This document shows, piece by piece, positions 37,828 to 50,922 of a DNA stretch of 64,000 nt; the stretch's first letter is position 1; each line of letters opens with the position of its first letter. This DNA is from Parasitella parasitica NRRL 2501 (Eukaryota > Fungi > Mucoromycota). Position numbers and translations under genes: made by a program. Where the stretch lies: contig MU619363.1 of assembly GCA_025201805.1 (NCBI GenBank), forward strand, positions 19,895 to 83,894. Direction: 5' to 3'. The notes beneath the pieces were generated by a model, which saw only the letters and a program-made list of their open reading frames with translations, did no database searches and was not told the origin of the DNA.

Positions 37828-38334
37828 ACGCAACTACACTCATATCATTCCAAAAACTTAACTCTATAGAATTTAAATTCGCTTTCATTTCACGTATTAT
37901 CATTGTTTTGCGCAAGAAAACATCGCAATTCATGAGCAGCTTTATAATTTTTCCCCACTCCATCCTGTAATGTTATTAATAGTATCACTCTGGTTAGGCT
38001 AATGCCCATTAAACCAATTTTTATCTTGCTTTATTGTAATGTCTTTTGGCTCCGTCTAGTCTTTATATATGCCTTTTTTTTTTTTGTAATAAATGTATTT
38101 TTATATACTTGATTTACTTGTGATGCATATGTTGTGCTTGCATCTAACAATCACAAGATAACCTAAAAGTTTTTTTTTTCTCACAAATAAAGGTAATATT
38201 GTTGTTATACTGTAGTACTTTTTAGATATATACGATCATCGTTGAATGTTGCTTATCAGTTGTTATATATGTGTAAACCTACAAAAATCAAATAACTTTG
38301 GTCGTCGTACATTTGCAGCCATGTTAGTTTAAAA

Positions 38335-39450
38335 ATCAGATAACTCATTGTAAATATTTTACCCATTTTTGATATACAACTTGCTTCGCTTCTTCAAGAA
38401 AAAAAGACTGGGTTAAAGTATTTCAGTTTAATTTCATCTCTAAATCATGTCCACTCGGATCTTTTTGATTGTGTCAGGAGATGGGATGGGTTTTTGGTAC
38501 TTTTTCTTATCAGATGATCTTATATTCGTTGATGCCTGGTATTGAATAAAGCCCAATGCCCAGAAAATTCAAGCAGTTTCATACCAGACAACTTGTATTT
38601 ATTTTATCCCTTCATATTACGGCTTAAAATTCTAAAAGCTACTGTTTTCAAGAGATAAAATGCAAATAATCTGTATCTGATAATTTTATCTGTCATTTTT
38701 TACTTAGCCTATGAGAAATTTACTTCCTTTTTAGATTCTTTGTTTGTACTCCATTGACTTAATTCACCTCTTTTGCAACTTTTTTTTTGTGGAACCAAAT
38801 AATGAAACCAATAGTCTAACCTTGGGCAAATAGTGTGCAACAAACTCGAAAATTTAATGAACTGATTTTTGAAAGTAGCATCAACGCTCCCGGGCCCGAG
38901 TAGATCTTTTATATGCCACTCAACAGCTGTTTGTATATATGTTGATATCAGATGGTAATGTTTAATGCATTGCATCAACTGTTTACTCGTATGTCTATAA
39001 AAAAATTGAATGCAATTCAGCAATATCAGATAAATGGCGAGGATTCAAGACACTCAAACCCCACTAAATCTTTAAGCTCTCATTACCCACCTTGTTTGAA
39101 AAGAGAGAGACCCATTCGGGTCGGTAGCAAATAAAAAAATGGTAATCGTAAATCATTGTTGTAAAGATACAAATTGCCTACTGCAGACAGTATTGAACAG
39201 AAGTATGGTTTGCTTTTAGTCAACAACAAGTGGTTGTTTGCCGATTCTCCGGACATGTTTAATTGCAATGAATCATCATGGCCTCAATAGTAAATCAAAT
39301 TGATATTCTGGCTTTGGTTCACCGCTAATTCCTATCAACGCATGCCCTACCTCGGTTGATCTTCTATTTTTAGCGGAGATGATTGATAGAACAATTCTTT
39401 GATCCGATACCATAAATGGTTACCTTTATAGCAACAGTTCGTTATCAGAT
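38335..39450. promoter_or_regulatory. Cluster of five ATCWGATAA motifs downstream of FTR1
   Basis: Sites at 38335-38343 (+), 38507-38515 (-), 38675-38683 (+), 39025-39033 (+) and 39442-39450 (-). Confidence 0.55.
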
Positions 39451-39805
39451 TTTAATTTTATCAAGACCACCCGGGAGATTAAAGTAAAACTTTTTTTTTT
39501 GTACAAAATGATCTGTGATTATTTAATTTTTTGTACATCGTTTTCCCCGCTTCCTATAATTTGATGCAGGTCATTGACATCCCGATTATATGCTGCGCTT
39601 GCTGTACAAGCCCAAAGTCCAATCCCAAATATTAGTTTTCCCGGGTGATTTTATTGAATTATACATTTATGGTATATTTATAAATCCAGTTACATGTTTC
39701 GAGTGTTTTGTTTTGTACATGATATTCCAGAGAGGTGTGTTGAGCTGTTTGTTTTGTTTTCGTATAAACTCAACCAAGACGCGCATCAGCAGAAATTATA
39801 GACAG

Positions 39806-39857
<52 letters not shown>

Positions 39858-39950
39858 AATTAAAGTGGGTACAACATCAATGAAGCAAAACAGATAGCCG
39901 GAAAAAAAATAGAATTCAAACTCTCTGATGATGGCTGGCATAGGCAAACC

Positions 39951-41891
39951 TTAAAGTGTGATCCCTTCAAACCGCATATTGTGGACAGACCTACACCGAA
40001 CTGAAAAGTAGCCAAACGGAATGTCTCGTTGCCACTTATTCTTGTCCTCATACTTGATCCTAGACCCAACAAATGATATTTGCTCCCACAATTGTCTTGT
40101 AACGTCCAAGTTCTTAATCTTTTCGACATCGACTTGATCAAGACGTTGAATCCTCGGCTGCAATCTATTGATACTCCCGTTTAAACTGTTTTTATCGCCG
40201 CTTTTGCTGTGGGATTGATACAAATGATACCACCGCTCCGGGTATTTTCTTTCAATTACTTGTTGGCTCCTTATCTGTCTCTTCATTTGTTGCTGCGTCT
40301 TTTGAGTTTCTTCTAGAGAAAATATAGTTGAGCAATGATTGCACTGGAAGCCAGAGTCTTCTATACGAAGTCCAAGTTGTAGCTTTTCAATGCTGATTAA
40401 TTTGAAAACGTGATGAGGCATATTTATCTTTACTTGAATGTTGTTATCGTAAGGCTTGATTATATGAGATACATCTAAAACATCAAGAAATGGACATCTA
40501 GTTGCTAGGTACTCGAATAGTCTGTTGTTCACCATAGTATGTTTGAGTATTACTGCTTTTAAACGATGGATTTGAGTACTATCACTAGAATAACCTCGCA
40601 CAAAGAGATTGTACGTATTTGAGAGCTCCAGACGCTCCAAGTGTTTGCAACGATCCAGTATAATGTCGATATCAAACTCTGTCAAGGTTCCTGGTTGAGG
40701 TGATAGGGATAGATTTTTCAATTGTGTGCATTGGCTTAGTGGCTCCAAAACATCGAATTCGTAATCCCAGCTTCGATCCCAATTACTGATATTGATTTCA
40801 GTCATTGCATTAATTGAATTGCTTACAAGTAATTTGAAATTTTGCGCACTTCGCCGATGATAATCAAAATTGAAAAAGTGTATCGATGCCTGTTCTAGTC
40901 GAGTGCGAGTGCTATTGATACCGTCTAAAAACACATCACACGGGAAATACTTTTCATCAAATTTAGCCGTCAGTCGCTTTAGACGTCGAAAGCTTGTTGC
41001 CATGACTGCAAAGGAACCTTTCATGCGAGCATTTTCTGGCTGGATTGCTTCATAGTAATATTCTGGCTCTAATAAACTTAACTGGATGTCAAGGGTTTGA
41101 ATCGAGGGATATTTATGTGCCCAGTAATGAAGGAATTCTTCGCTATTGATAGATATGTTGAGCCGAAGATCCTTCAGAAGAGATGCTATGGGCAAGGTCT
41201 CGATGTCCACCAAATATCCATTGTTGGTCATCAAATGTGAATTGAAAAAATCAAGATGGAGTGTCTCTAGTTTCGAGCAGAATGCATGAATTGATTCAAA
41301 TTCAGAGATGGAGATATTTTGAGAAACCAAGATGCCGTTAGATAGCTTCAATGAGATAAGATTGGGTGTATACTTGAGCATAGATATGATTGTTGTGTGG
41401 GAGCCTGCCAATTCATCCACCATCAGGCTGCTCATCTCCAGATGTGTGATACTTGAGCCTGAATAGCGCAATATTGGGAGTGCCAACTTCAGCCTATTCA
41501 TGCAGGGATACTGTGCTAAATATTTCCAATGTTTTGCGTTGTTGGTATGTGTGAAATAGCGCCACAGTGCAGGGTTGAATTCAAATCGCTCGAGAAAAGG
41601 ACAATAGATAGGCAGAATATGGAATTCTTTGTTGGTAATGCCTACATTTGGACCCAAGACTAGATGTCGGACAAGTAAACCTAAAGGCTGACTAGAATGC
41701 TTTGTTTGTACCAGTTTACAGAGGAATTCTTTGAGCTGACATCGACTGGAGAAAGCTAGGCTTTGCAACACAATAGGTTGAAAACGTTGTAACCAAGGAT
41801 GACACACATGCATGCTTTCTTTTCGGTCTTGACTCGAAAGCTGGCTCGTTACTTTGTTGAATATTTCATTAGGTAAACTTGATAACGACAT
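39951..41891 (-). CDS. F-box / LRR-like (RNI-like) protein, intronless
   Basis: N-terminal F-box LSSLPNEIFNKV...CHPW followed by LxxLxL-type repeats. Confidence 0.85.
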   Translation of the reverse strand: MSLSSLPNEIFNKVTSQLSSQDRKESMHVCHPWLQRFQPIVLQSLAFSSRCQLKEFLCKLVQTKHSSQPLGLLVRHLVLGPNVGITNKEFHILPIYCPFLERFEFNPALWRYFTHTNNAKHWKYLAQYPCMNRLKLALPILRYSGSSITHLEMSSLMVDELAGSHTTIISMLKYTPNLISLKLSNGILVSQNISISEFESIHAFCSKLETLHLDFFNSHLMTNNGYLVDIETLPIASLLKDLRLNISINSEEFLHYWAHKYPSIQTLDIQLSLLEPEYYYEAIQPENARMKGSFAVMATSFRRLKRLTAKFDEKYFPCDVFLDGINSTRTRLEQASIHFFNFDYHRRSAQNFKLLVSNSINAMTEINISNWDRSWDYEFDVLEPLSQCTQLKNLSLSPQPGTLTEFDIDIILDRCKHLERLELSNTYNLFVRGYSSDSTQIHRLKAVILKHTMVNNRLFEYLATRCPFLDVLDVSHIIKPYDNNIQVKINMPHHVFKLISIEKLQLGLRIEDSGFQCNHCSTIFSLEETQKTQQQMKRQIRSQQVIERKYPERWYHLYQSHSKSGDKNSLNGSINRLQPRIQRLDQVDVEKIKNLDVTRQLWEQISFVGSRIKYEDKNKWQRDIPFGYFSVRCRSVHNMRFEGITL

Positions 41892-42131
41892 TATTAGTAC
41901 GGAAAAAGTATTTTTATGCAAAGTACCTCTGCTTCTCTTTTTTTTTTTTTTTTTCCCTTATGGCGAGTTTGAGGGTGAAACATAGACACTATACGTACTT
42001 TGCGTTGTGTGAGACATAATTGACTTTTTATTTATTTTTTTTATTTTTCAAGGCAGAGGCTGAACATTCATCATTTGTGCATAATGTCAAAAATGAATAA
42101 GAGCGAAAAGAGCTTTGTTTATTTTTAATAA

Positions 42132-43560
42132 TTACAAGTATTCAGACAATTTGACTCTGACATTTTTACCTCTAACAGCGTTTTGTATCATATCAATGAG
42201 GGGCTCGTCTTTGAAAAACATACTTCTGTTGACTTTATCCATTAGATCAGGATACAAAAATATGTTGCAGGTGCGTGTATCGTTTTGTGGGCGTCTTTCA
42301 GCAAAGACACACTGTAAAAACTCTTTAATCGGCCCCACTAGATGCCAAATATCCGCTTGTTCGTTCAAATACTTCAAAAAAAACTTTGAGAATATAACAT
42401 CTACGTTACGGATTGATTTCGAAATACAACTGCCAGCCATAAATAGGCCAGGTCCGATAGCAAAATCAACAAGCTTCACAGTGATTAGATTAGGCAATGC
42501 CTCAAAGCACTCGGCAATAGCAGATTCTGCGTCAGCACGAGTAGGTTGAAATGTTGAACTTCCACTAGCACATTTTCTTAGTTTACCCAACTGATCCCAA
42601 CCATGCAATCCAAGGTATTTTAAATTGGGGCTGGATTCTGCTAAAGAACGAAAGTTTCGCCACATGGCCGGAGTCCACGCATAGCAAAATCCAAAATCCA
42701 AATATTCCAAATCCTTTACACTCATAATATATTCGTATTTCTTCAATAACTTTCGCTCAATGTCGTTCCAAACTAGTAGCAGACTGGACTTTTGCTGCTC
42801 CACTTGCTGTACGTGTTCTTGCGAAAATACTTCATCCATGTTATTCTCCACTATTTGCATTTTCTCTAAAACGTTATGCTGCTCCATATCTTCATCATCG
42901 CGGATACTCGTTAATACAAATGACCTGATGTCGTTTAATACGGGTGCTGTCACTTTGGGTACATTATGGGTGGAAGAAAATCCCGAATGGCCATCTTCAT
43001 TAAAGTGAAAGCAAATTTTGTTCAATCGAGGATAGACAGAGAATATATCTGTACTGAACTGCCTTGTGTCGCACCAAGTCTCGATATTACTACATTTTAT
43101 CGACTCTATATCAGGCGATATTAGCTTGAGTTCTTGGGATAAATGTACAATTTCCGCTAAACAAAGGTTTGATGTTTCCAAGTGTGTAACATGAGTAAGC
43201 GCTGTAAGAGGCAATGATTTCGGATGGCTGTGTCGTGTTTCTATGGGTTTCGATATATAGAGGTACTTTACTGATGCCAAGTGTCTTTTGTTGTATTCAG
43301 ATGACAAGAAGTCCATATAGGCCTTGTGCTTATTAGGAAGGCTGATTTGTAGAATACGCCACTATATATATTCATATATGCTAATTTAGACATGATGTAG
43401 AAAATCCATGTGTGGAATTTACCACCGACGACCTCTGAGCGATATAGTACCACCGACGACAAACCTTTGAAATTGCTAATAATGTCCAGGGATTTCCTTC
43501 GCAATGGGTAAATACGAGCTCCAAGCAATCGTCTCCTAGCTTGTTTATATGTGAGGTCAT
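42132..43560 (-). CDS. F-box / LRR-like protein; exons 43560-43423 and 43361-42132
   Basis: Exon 1 (not in the ORF track) reads MTSHINKLGDDCLELVFTHC...ISKVCRRWYYIAQRSSV|W, an F-box, and splices in frame to the 394-aa ORF. Confidence 0.85.
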
Positions 43561-44227
43561 GAAATTAAAATTTCACTTGAACGAATAAAAGAAAAAGAAG
43601 CGCGCGGGAAAGATGCGTTGAAAATATCTATTTCAATCAAGGAAAAAGGCCGATTTGATGCTGTCTAACAACTTGTTTCATTCAAACCATTTTCTGATAA
43701 CAGCCAATCTTGACAGAACCAGAGACTTACTCTACGATATACATTTCTAATTGACAGTTATCAAATACTTGCTATATACACATTTTTGCATTGATAAAGT
43801 TTAAACTGGTTAACCATTAGTGATGAAATATCTTTAAATGACATTAAACACTTGATTTATTATACAGTAGTAACTAGGGGCTCAGGAAACTATTTGTTGT
43901 GGTTTTAAACATTTGAATCGGTTGAAAAGCGCGTAAACTCTGCGAGAAAAAAAAAAAAAAAAAAAAGATATTCATTTTATACAGTTCCTTGATACCAGTA
44001 ATGTGTAGTGTGTTTGGTAATACAAATAAAAAAAAGCTATTCTGAAGGATGATTTAGTAAACGACTCTTTCCCTAAAAAGATGTAATGTGAGAGATGAAA
44101 TATTTTTTTTTATTGATTGTGATATTATAGTTATGTATCAAGGCAAAATAATAGAGACATTTACATAATGGCGAAAAATAATTATTAAGAAGGGATAAGG
44201 AAGTAAAGTGAGTTCAAGATATTAATA

Positions 44228-47023
44228 TCAGAAGAATCGTCTCTTGACCCATTTATACGATTCGACTACGGCAATGTACAAGAACACAGAGGCAACTGTC
44301 ATACCCCATTCCCAAGTGATAGGCTTGTGTCTAAAGACTTCAGTGTTCAAGACAGGAACATAAAGTGCAATGATTAACAGGATAATACCAAACAAAGTAG
44401 ACCAGAAGAGATACTTGTTTTGAGGGCCTCTTAGTGCAGAAATAGACCAGGTAGAGTTACGGAGATCGCGACAAGTAAAACCATGAAGTAGTACGATCAC
44501 TGTCAGAGTAGCGAAAAGTGCACCACGAGCACGAAAGACTTCATCGCAAGTATCGTTATAATGACCGTTGCAGTCTTCACCAAGGTTACCAGTACCATAG
44601 CCGTAAAGCACGACGATAAAATTGGCTAAACAAATCACGCCAATAGAGAAACCGTAAAAAATAATGTCGATCAAATTAGATCTGCTGAAAAGACCATCTT
44701 TTTCAGAACGGGGAGGTTGAAGCATTTGATCCTTATGAACAGGTTCCAGACCGAGACTCATAGCAGGAGGCGAACTTGTCAAAATGTTGTTGAACAGGAT
44801 TTGGATAGGTGCCATAGGGAATACAGAGCCGCCCGATTGGTCGATAAAGACCAAACCCAAAAGTAAAGGTGTCAATTCAGCAACATTACCAGACACCATA
44901 TGAACGACAAAACGAGCAATGTTGCCAAACACACGACGACCTTCTTCGATAGCCTTGACAATGGTGGCAAAGTTATCATCAACAAGTACAATATCAGCAG
45001 CTTGTTTAGCTACATCAGAGCCATTTTCGCCCATAGCAATGCCAATGTCAGATTCTTTGAGCGAAGGGGAGTCATTGACACCATCGCCGGTCATACCGGC
45101 AATCTTCTTTCGACGATGAAGAGCTTCTATCATCTTGACCTTGGTATCAGGACTACAACGCGCAATCACAAGTGGGAGATTAGGAAGAGCATCGATTTCG
45201 TCTTCGGTCATTTTGTCGAAACGTTGGGCTGTCATGACCAAGTTATCCATATCATCGCCAATATGAGGTTTAGCGGCATCCTTGGCACGTTGATATAATT
45301 CTTCGTCCTCTTCAGTCAGGCCATAAGTAGAGGGGACAATGTTAACTTCGCGAGCAATGGCAGTGGCAGTAGCGATATGATCGCCAGTCAGCATGTGAAC
45401 AGTAATTCCAGCCTGGTGACATTCATCAACAGCATCCTTGGACTCCTTACGAGGCGGGTCATAGATGCCAACAAGACCGAGGAAGATCATTTCATGCTCA
45501 ATAGTCTCACGGACAAAGGTATCAGAAGCAACAGGGCCGTCATGTTTAATGCGACGTGTAGCTAAAGACAAAACGCGAAGACCGCCACGAGCAAGAGAAT
45601 CGACCTTAGGAAGGATGACCTCTTGGAGTTCTTCTTGAGTCATTGAGCGAACATCGCCAGCATCAGACATCTGCATGCCAATACAGCTTTCAAGGACACG
45701 TTCCGTGGCACCCTTTAAAAAGGCAATATGAGAGCCATCAGGGGCACGGCAGAGAACAGACATACGCTTGATAGAAGAGTCAAACGGGTATTCTGAAATC
45801 AACTTCCAGCCTTCATCAGTGTCATTTTTGCTTATCAGAGAGGGCTTGCCATTTTGGAGCTTGTGAGCAAAGACTTGAAGCGCAATTTCAGTTGGATCAC
45901 CAATACCAGACCAGTCTCCAGTCGTTTTGTCCTTGCGAACTTCACTCATATTGCAGAGAGCAGACGCATTCACCAAAGTTTGAAAGCCATAGTCCATGTT
46001 TTCCTTGGTAACTACAGAGTCATCAGATTCGTGTGTAACTTCACCTTCGGTAGTGAAACCAAGGCCGCTTACAGAGTAATAACCAGTGCTGGGTCTCCAG
46101 AGACGAGTCAGAACCATCTTTGATTGCGTAAGGGTTCCAGTTTTATCAGAACAGACGTTGGTAACAGCACCTAAAAGCTCAAGAGCAGCAAGACGGCGCA
46201 CAAGAGCTTTAGACTTTGCCATGCCATGTACTCCAAAGGCTTGCGTAAGAGTGACTACAGCAACGAGACCTTCAGGGATAACAGAAATGGAGGTAGAAAT
46301 GGCATACAGAATCACATCATTAGTAATTTGAAACTTGGCAGCGGCGAATACGACGATAACAGCTGTAATGGCAATAGCAAGCAATACCAAAGCCATGCGA
46401 TCCAGAGACTTTTGAAGAGGAGTTTTGGTATTGTCACCCGAGTCTAACAAACGCTTTGCGATTTTGCCAATTTCGGTGTGCATGCCAGTGGATGTAACAA
46501 TGGCTTTACCGCGACCCTTTGTCAACACAGTACTTGAATAGCACATATTAGTACGGTCGCCAAGAGGCACGTCTTCACCTTGAATGACATCAGATACTTT
46601 GTTTACAGGCATAGATTCGCCAGTTAAGAGCGCTTCATCAACATCCATATTGAATGATCTAAAGAGAAAAAAGAATTGTAAGAAATCTTTTATACACAAT
46701 TATCTTGACATTACTAGTATCAACGTACTCTATAATTCTACAATCGGCACCCACAACATCACCACTCTTTAGAATAACAACGTCGCCGGGAACTAGTTCA
46801 CGGGTGGGTATTGTATTTTGATGTCCATCGCGAATAACTTGACTAGTAGGAGAGGCCATTTGACGAAGAGAATCCATGGTTTTTTCAGCCTTAAACTCTT
46901 GCATGAAACCCACAAAAGCATTGAGGATCATAATCGCGCAAATGACAGCACCCTCAATGTAATCTTTAAACACAAACGAGACAATCTACCACCATGTTAA
47001 TATAATGCATGATTGATAAACTC

Positions 47024-47118
<95 letters not shown>

Positions 47119-47650
47119 AACAACTTACCATTGCGATTAATAAAATAAGCACCATGATGTTGGTAAACTGTTTGATCAATAACTTGACTGGGCTGACACC
47201 ACCTTCGCCTTCCATTTCATTGAATTTAGATTGGGATCTCCTTTCTTCGATAACAGACTCAGGCAAACCATCTTGAATATCAGACTTGAGTAATTGTTCT
47301 ACGGTATCCAAATCCATGGTATGGTATGGGGGTCCCTCAACTTTCTCAGTTTCATCTATACTTTGTCGTCTTCTTTTCACCAAGTTCATCTTGTGCATCA
47401 ACACGCTTCTAACTGATTTGGTATCAAAATCCATGGAGCTAGTGCCAGTGGATTGTCTGGTTAAAGGTTTTTGTGAGTATTTCTCATGGTGCTGAACTTG
47501 GTATTCCTTCATTTCCCTGTTTTGTGATTCATCAAACTTGATGGTTGTTTGCTGTTGCTCTTGTTGTTGTTCCCCATTGTTGTATACTTGAGGCTGAACT
47601 TCGTCTTGAGGTTGATTTTGAGTTGGTTGATTTGATGTATTAAGATTCAT
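44228..47650 (-). CDS. ENA: P-type IID Na+/K+ efflux ATPase (ENA type), multi-exon
   Basis: LLTGES, IPEGL, CSDKTGTLT, KGATE, DPPR, MLTGD, MTGDGVNDSPSLK. Confidence 0.9.
47027..47116. repeat. ~90-nt intronic poly(A/T) homopolymer
   Basis: Uninterrupted A run inside intron 1 of the ENA gene. Confidence 0.9.
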
Positions 47651-49016
47651 AAAATATTTTTTAAGTTATCTTGTTTTTTCAATTGAAATGTAAAGGACTT
47701 TTTTAGAATGACTTGAATGATAGTTCCTTGCTATATATACTTTTTTTTTTGTTGCATAGAAAAATCCCGGAAAATGTTTCTGATTTCAGATATTTTTACA
47801 GAAACTTAGGAAAGCATTTCCATTTGATATGTTTGAAACTTATCACATGCACATGCTTTACCAAGTTTCTGATTGGCCAGATCAGCATAAATAAACTAAA
47901 ATCTCTATCTAAAGAACTAGAGTTTCTAACATTTCCACAATTATATTGACGGAAAAAAGGCACTTTCCATCTAAATCAATAATATGCCATCTGGTTCTGT
48001 TTTTACTGGATTTGGTGAATGTGAATATAGTAACTAACTTTTAGTATTTTTTTTTTAAATTATGATGATACATCCACAATGATTTTACGATATGCAGAAT
48101 ATCTCAAACTTGGCCTGTTGACTTCAAAACTGTCTGTATATTTCTTTCTCAATAGTAAATTTTCAGGTAATTAACGATAGGAGTATGCCGTGTTTCAAAA
48201 TCGTTTATCCGATCGTAAAAAGAAATTCGTACTGCAAGGTGTAGCTCGTTTGTTGTAAATTTTGCAAATACTGTGTACATGGAGCGCAAAGTGCACCAAG
48301 TTAAAAAAATTGGGAGGCTAGTATGACATCGAAGTAATTAGATAAATAATATCCACTACTGCTCAGGTCTAGCCGACTTTATCAAAAATTAGAAAATAAA
48401 TCATAGAACGTCTAATATATCAATCAATCAGCAAGTTAAAAGTATATTTATATTCGGGTATTGCTGTTTACATTATCCCAGAATTGATATTTGTGTTTAT
48501 AAAAGAGAGTTAGAAACGGTATTAGAATGAATATACAGTACCTCCAGTTTATAAACAAGATGATAATTATACCTGAATCCGTAAAAGTGGTTTAATAGGG
48601 ATGTACTAAATTTGACAAAGATCTCAGCATTTTGACCATGTTTTAAGCAATGATAAATTACAAGAACCTACTTTGATAGCAATGTTGATGGTGTAAATAA
48701 TAAGAACCTTTACAATTGCATTTGGGAAGCTTTCTTCATCAAGTCTTTACTAATTTTAGTCAATATTTCATACAATGTTGAGATAGTCTCCATGCAGGTG
48801 TGATGTATCTGATTACCAATTGCTCTTTCATTGCTAGGCTGATTGATAGCTCCTTCGCATGTTGCTATGGAAACCATGCTCAATGCAGTGATGATACCAG
48901 CACAATAGAAAAGGTGACTCCTTTTACTTGCTACCAATCCCTTTCCTAAAAAAAACCAAACAAAATGTTGAGTCAACACAATTGTCGCGTCTTCTACTTG
49001 TTTATTAATATTAATC

Positions 49017-50922
49017 ATGTATAAACCTACAGGTATGATGTTTGAATTTTAAAATTTGTTTAGATAGCTAACAATTTGTCTTAAAGGAACAAACGTTACT
49101 CCTTTGGGTGCAAAGAGACGCTTTAGAGATGGTTCAAATGAGCGATCCTCTAAAGATGAGACAGAGTATCGTTCAAGAGGTAAAACAATTGTGACAATTT
49201 AAAGAGTTTTTACCAACAAAACATGTAAACAAACAGATCGTAGTTCATCTGGTGCATCAGCTTCGCCTTATTCTAACTCACCATCCGACAGCTCAGCATC
49301 AAAGAGAAAGCGTAAAAGTCGTTGGGGAGACGAGCAACAAAAGGTGATTATCCCCGGTTTACCAACCACCATCTCGATAAACAACAGGGATCAATCCGAA
49401 AAATATCTTTGTAAGCTATTGGTACCCTATAATATAGATACATTATTTACATTTATATAGTGCAAATTAGATTGGAAGAAGTAAATAGAAAGCTTCGTAC
49501 AAATGATTATACTCCAAGTGAGCGTGAGAGGTAGGATATATTATTAGTCTACAAGCAACATTGTTAATACTGGATCATTCATTTATAGATCTCCTTCTCC
49601 CGAACCTATTTATAATGCTGATGGTAAACGTGTGAATACAAGAGAAGCCAGATACAAAAAGAAATTGGAAGATGAGCGCCATAGATTGATTGAAACTGCC
49701 ATAAAGACAATTCCCGGCTTTAAACCTCCTATTGATTACAAACGTCCTACAAAGATACAAGAAAAAGTCTATATTCCTGCTAAAGAATTTCCTGAAATTA
49801 ACTTTATCGGTCAACTTATTGGTCCTCGTGGAAATACACTCAAAAACATGGAATCAGAATCCGGTGCCAAAATCAGTATTCGCGGTCGTGGATCTGTAAA
49901 AGAAGGTAAATCAAGAACGGATGCTGCGGCAGGTGCAGGTCAAGAGGAAGATTTGCATTGTTTGGTCACTGCAGATACAGAAGAAAAGGTCAGAAAAGCT
50001 GTGAAACTGATCGAAAAGGTCATTGAAACGTCGGCTTCTGTACCTGAAGGTCAAAACGAATTGAAGAGAAATCAACTGCGTGAATTGGCTGCTTTGAATG
50101 GTACGTTGCGCGATGATGAAAATCAGACATGTTTGAACTGTGGTGCGTCGGGCCATCGAAGATATGAATGTCCTGAAAGACAAAATGTTACTTCTAGCTT
50201 GACATGTCATATTTGTGGTGGTATGGGCCATATTGCTCGTGATTGCAATCAAAGAAATAATCCTGAGATGGCGAATCAAAGTCGTGAGCGTGATTCTCAG
50301 CTTGACAGCGAATATATGAATTTGATGGCTGAATTGGGAGAAACAGTGCCTGGTACTGACGCTAATCGTGCGTATGGTGGATCTGGTCTCCCACCTTCTT
50401 CCTCAAGTGGTGGGGCTGCACCATGGCAGCAACCTAGAGCTGGCGGCGGTGCTGCTCCACCATGGCAACAACCAAGAACTGGTAGTGCTGCTCCTCCACC
50501 TTGGTCTGCACCTAGCCATACTGGTTACTCTTCATCTACCGGTGGAAGAGATGCTTCTCCCAGTAGCAATAGTGCCCCTTGGCAATCAGGTGGATATAAT
50601 GCTTATTCAGCACCCAATGCCCAAGCTGGTGGCTATTATAATGCTTATGGATCTTACGGATATTACGATCCGTCTCAAGCACCACCGACAGGTTCAGCTC
50701 CTTGGCAGCAACCTCCACCACCTCCACCTTCGTCATCAGATCAAGGCGTAGATCAATGGGTAAGTTTTTTGGGATACATGTACACATTTAATTATACTAA
50801 CTCGGTATCAATAGGGTGCGGCCCCCCCTCCACCTCCACCTTCATCTGATGATAGTCTTCCTCCACCTCCACCTCCGTCTTCTGATTCCACGCAACCTCC
50901 TCCCCCACCCCCTTCTTCTTGA
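49017..50922 (+). CDS. MSL5: Branchpoint-bridging protein / splicing factor 1 (multi-exon)
   Basis: MYKPTG|TNVTPLG, RKRKSRWG (ULM), RSPSPEPIY, KH-QUA2 (NFIGQLIGPRG), two CCHC knuckles and a Pro-rich tail. Confidence 0.95.

Noticed and set aside
38100-38325. Possible small spliced minus-strand gene under the GATA cluster (ATGGCTGCAAAT...)
   Set aside because: It would need a ~32-nt intron and yields no meaningful peptide; not supportable without RNA data.
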